DNA of 64,000 bases from Gammaproteobacteria bacterium (GTDB taxonomy: Bacteria > Pseudomonadota > Gammaproteobacteria > Magnimaribacterales > AG-339-G14): contig BPAJ01000003.1 of assembly GCA_019652555.1 (NCBI GenBank), forward strand, positions 14,611-78,610, written 5' to 3'. Shown one piece after another: positions 63,882-64,000 of the stretch. A program made the translations under genes and the position numbers. The notes under the pieces were generated by a model, which searched no databases, had not been told where the DNA came from, and saw only the letters and a list, made by a program, of their open reading frames with translations. The stretch's first letter is position 1, and every line of letters starts with the position of its first letter.

Positions 63882-64000
63882 ATATTGTTTTTTTTATATC
63901 TTCTTTTTCTAAATATTTTTTTATATTCTCTAATTCTTTACTTTCTTTAATAATTGTTTCTTCACTGCTTAAAATATCCACTAGGATCTTTCCTCTTAAT
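63847..64000 (-). CDS. leuS: leucyl-tRNA synthetase, C-terminal 50 codons only
   Basis: The reverse complement from 63999 reads LRGKILVDILSSEETIIKESKELENIKKYLEKEDIKKTIYVPKKLVNFVI, with TGA at 63849-63847. This matches the conserved LeuS C-terminus pattern (GK..V....S.EE....K.L.......K.IYVP.KL.N.V). Not in the ORF track because the start lies outside the window. Overlaps the lptE start by 35 nt. Confidence 0.85.
   Translation of the reverse strand, partial: LRGKILVDILSSEETIIKESKELENIKKYLEKEDIKKTIYVPKKLVNFVI

Overview
AT-rich, extremely compact chromosomal segment: about 70 genes in 64 kb, many 1-30 nt overlaps and almost no intergenic DNA. GC was judged by eye, not computed. Gene order is gammaproteobacterial core synteny: dsbB | polA | engB | cytochrome c4-dsbA, then hflX | tRNA-Arg | cytochrome c5, then a 9-gene minus-strand chain metK-ahcY-argH-lptM-lysA-dapF-yigA-xerC-yigB. 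This is followed by tkt-pgk-fba, tatCBA-hisE-ubiB-ubiE, orn, miaB-ybeZ-ybeY-corC, oxyR/katG, coaD, mutM, tolC, thiC, peroxiredoxin-parE-parC and argD. The right end holds proA-nadD-rsfS-mrdA-rodA-mltB-dacA-dat and holA-lptE-leuS. From 2.8 kb onward every gene is a single intact ORF with recognisable catalytic motifs. Metabolic peculiarities are a CitE-like lyase / MaoC hydratase / family III CoA-transferase trio inserted between dsbA and hflX, a PPi-type phosphofructokinase plus class I aldolase, and a DedA-coupled carotenoid-cleavage-type oxygenase. I saw no CRISPR array, transposase, phage integrase or rRNA. The part that core biology does not explain is the left-most 2.8 kb. It is a minus-strand block of orphan genes that runs off the left edge. 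It encodes a ~477-aa protein (two CxxC pairs, long K/E-rich coiled coil, two TM helices), a 53-aa 2-TM micro-protein, a ~212-aa unknown and a partial unknown. Its reading frames are interrupted only at homopolymer runs, including an A12 tract just after a start codon. I regard this block as the best candidate for an undescribed, probably membrane-acting, possibly phase-variable accessory system. I cannot assign it a function from sequence alone, and only part of it may be in the window.
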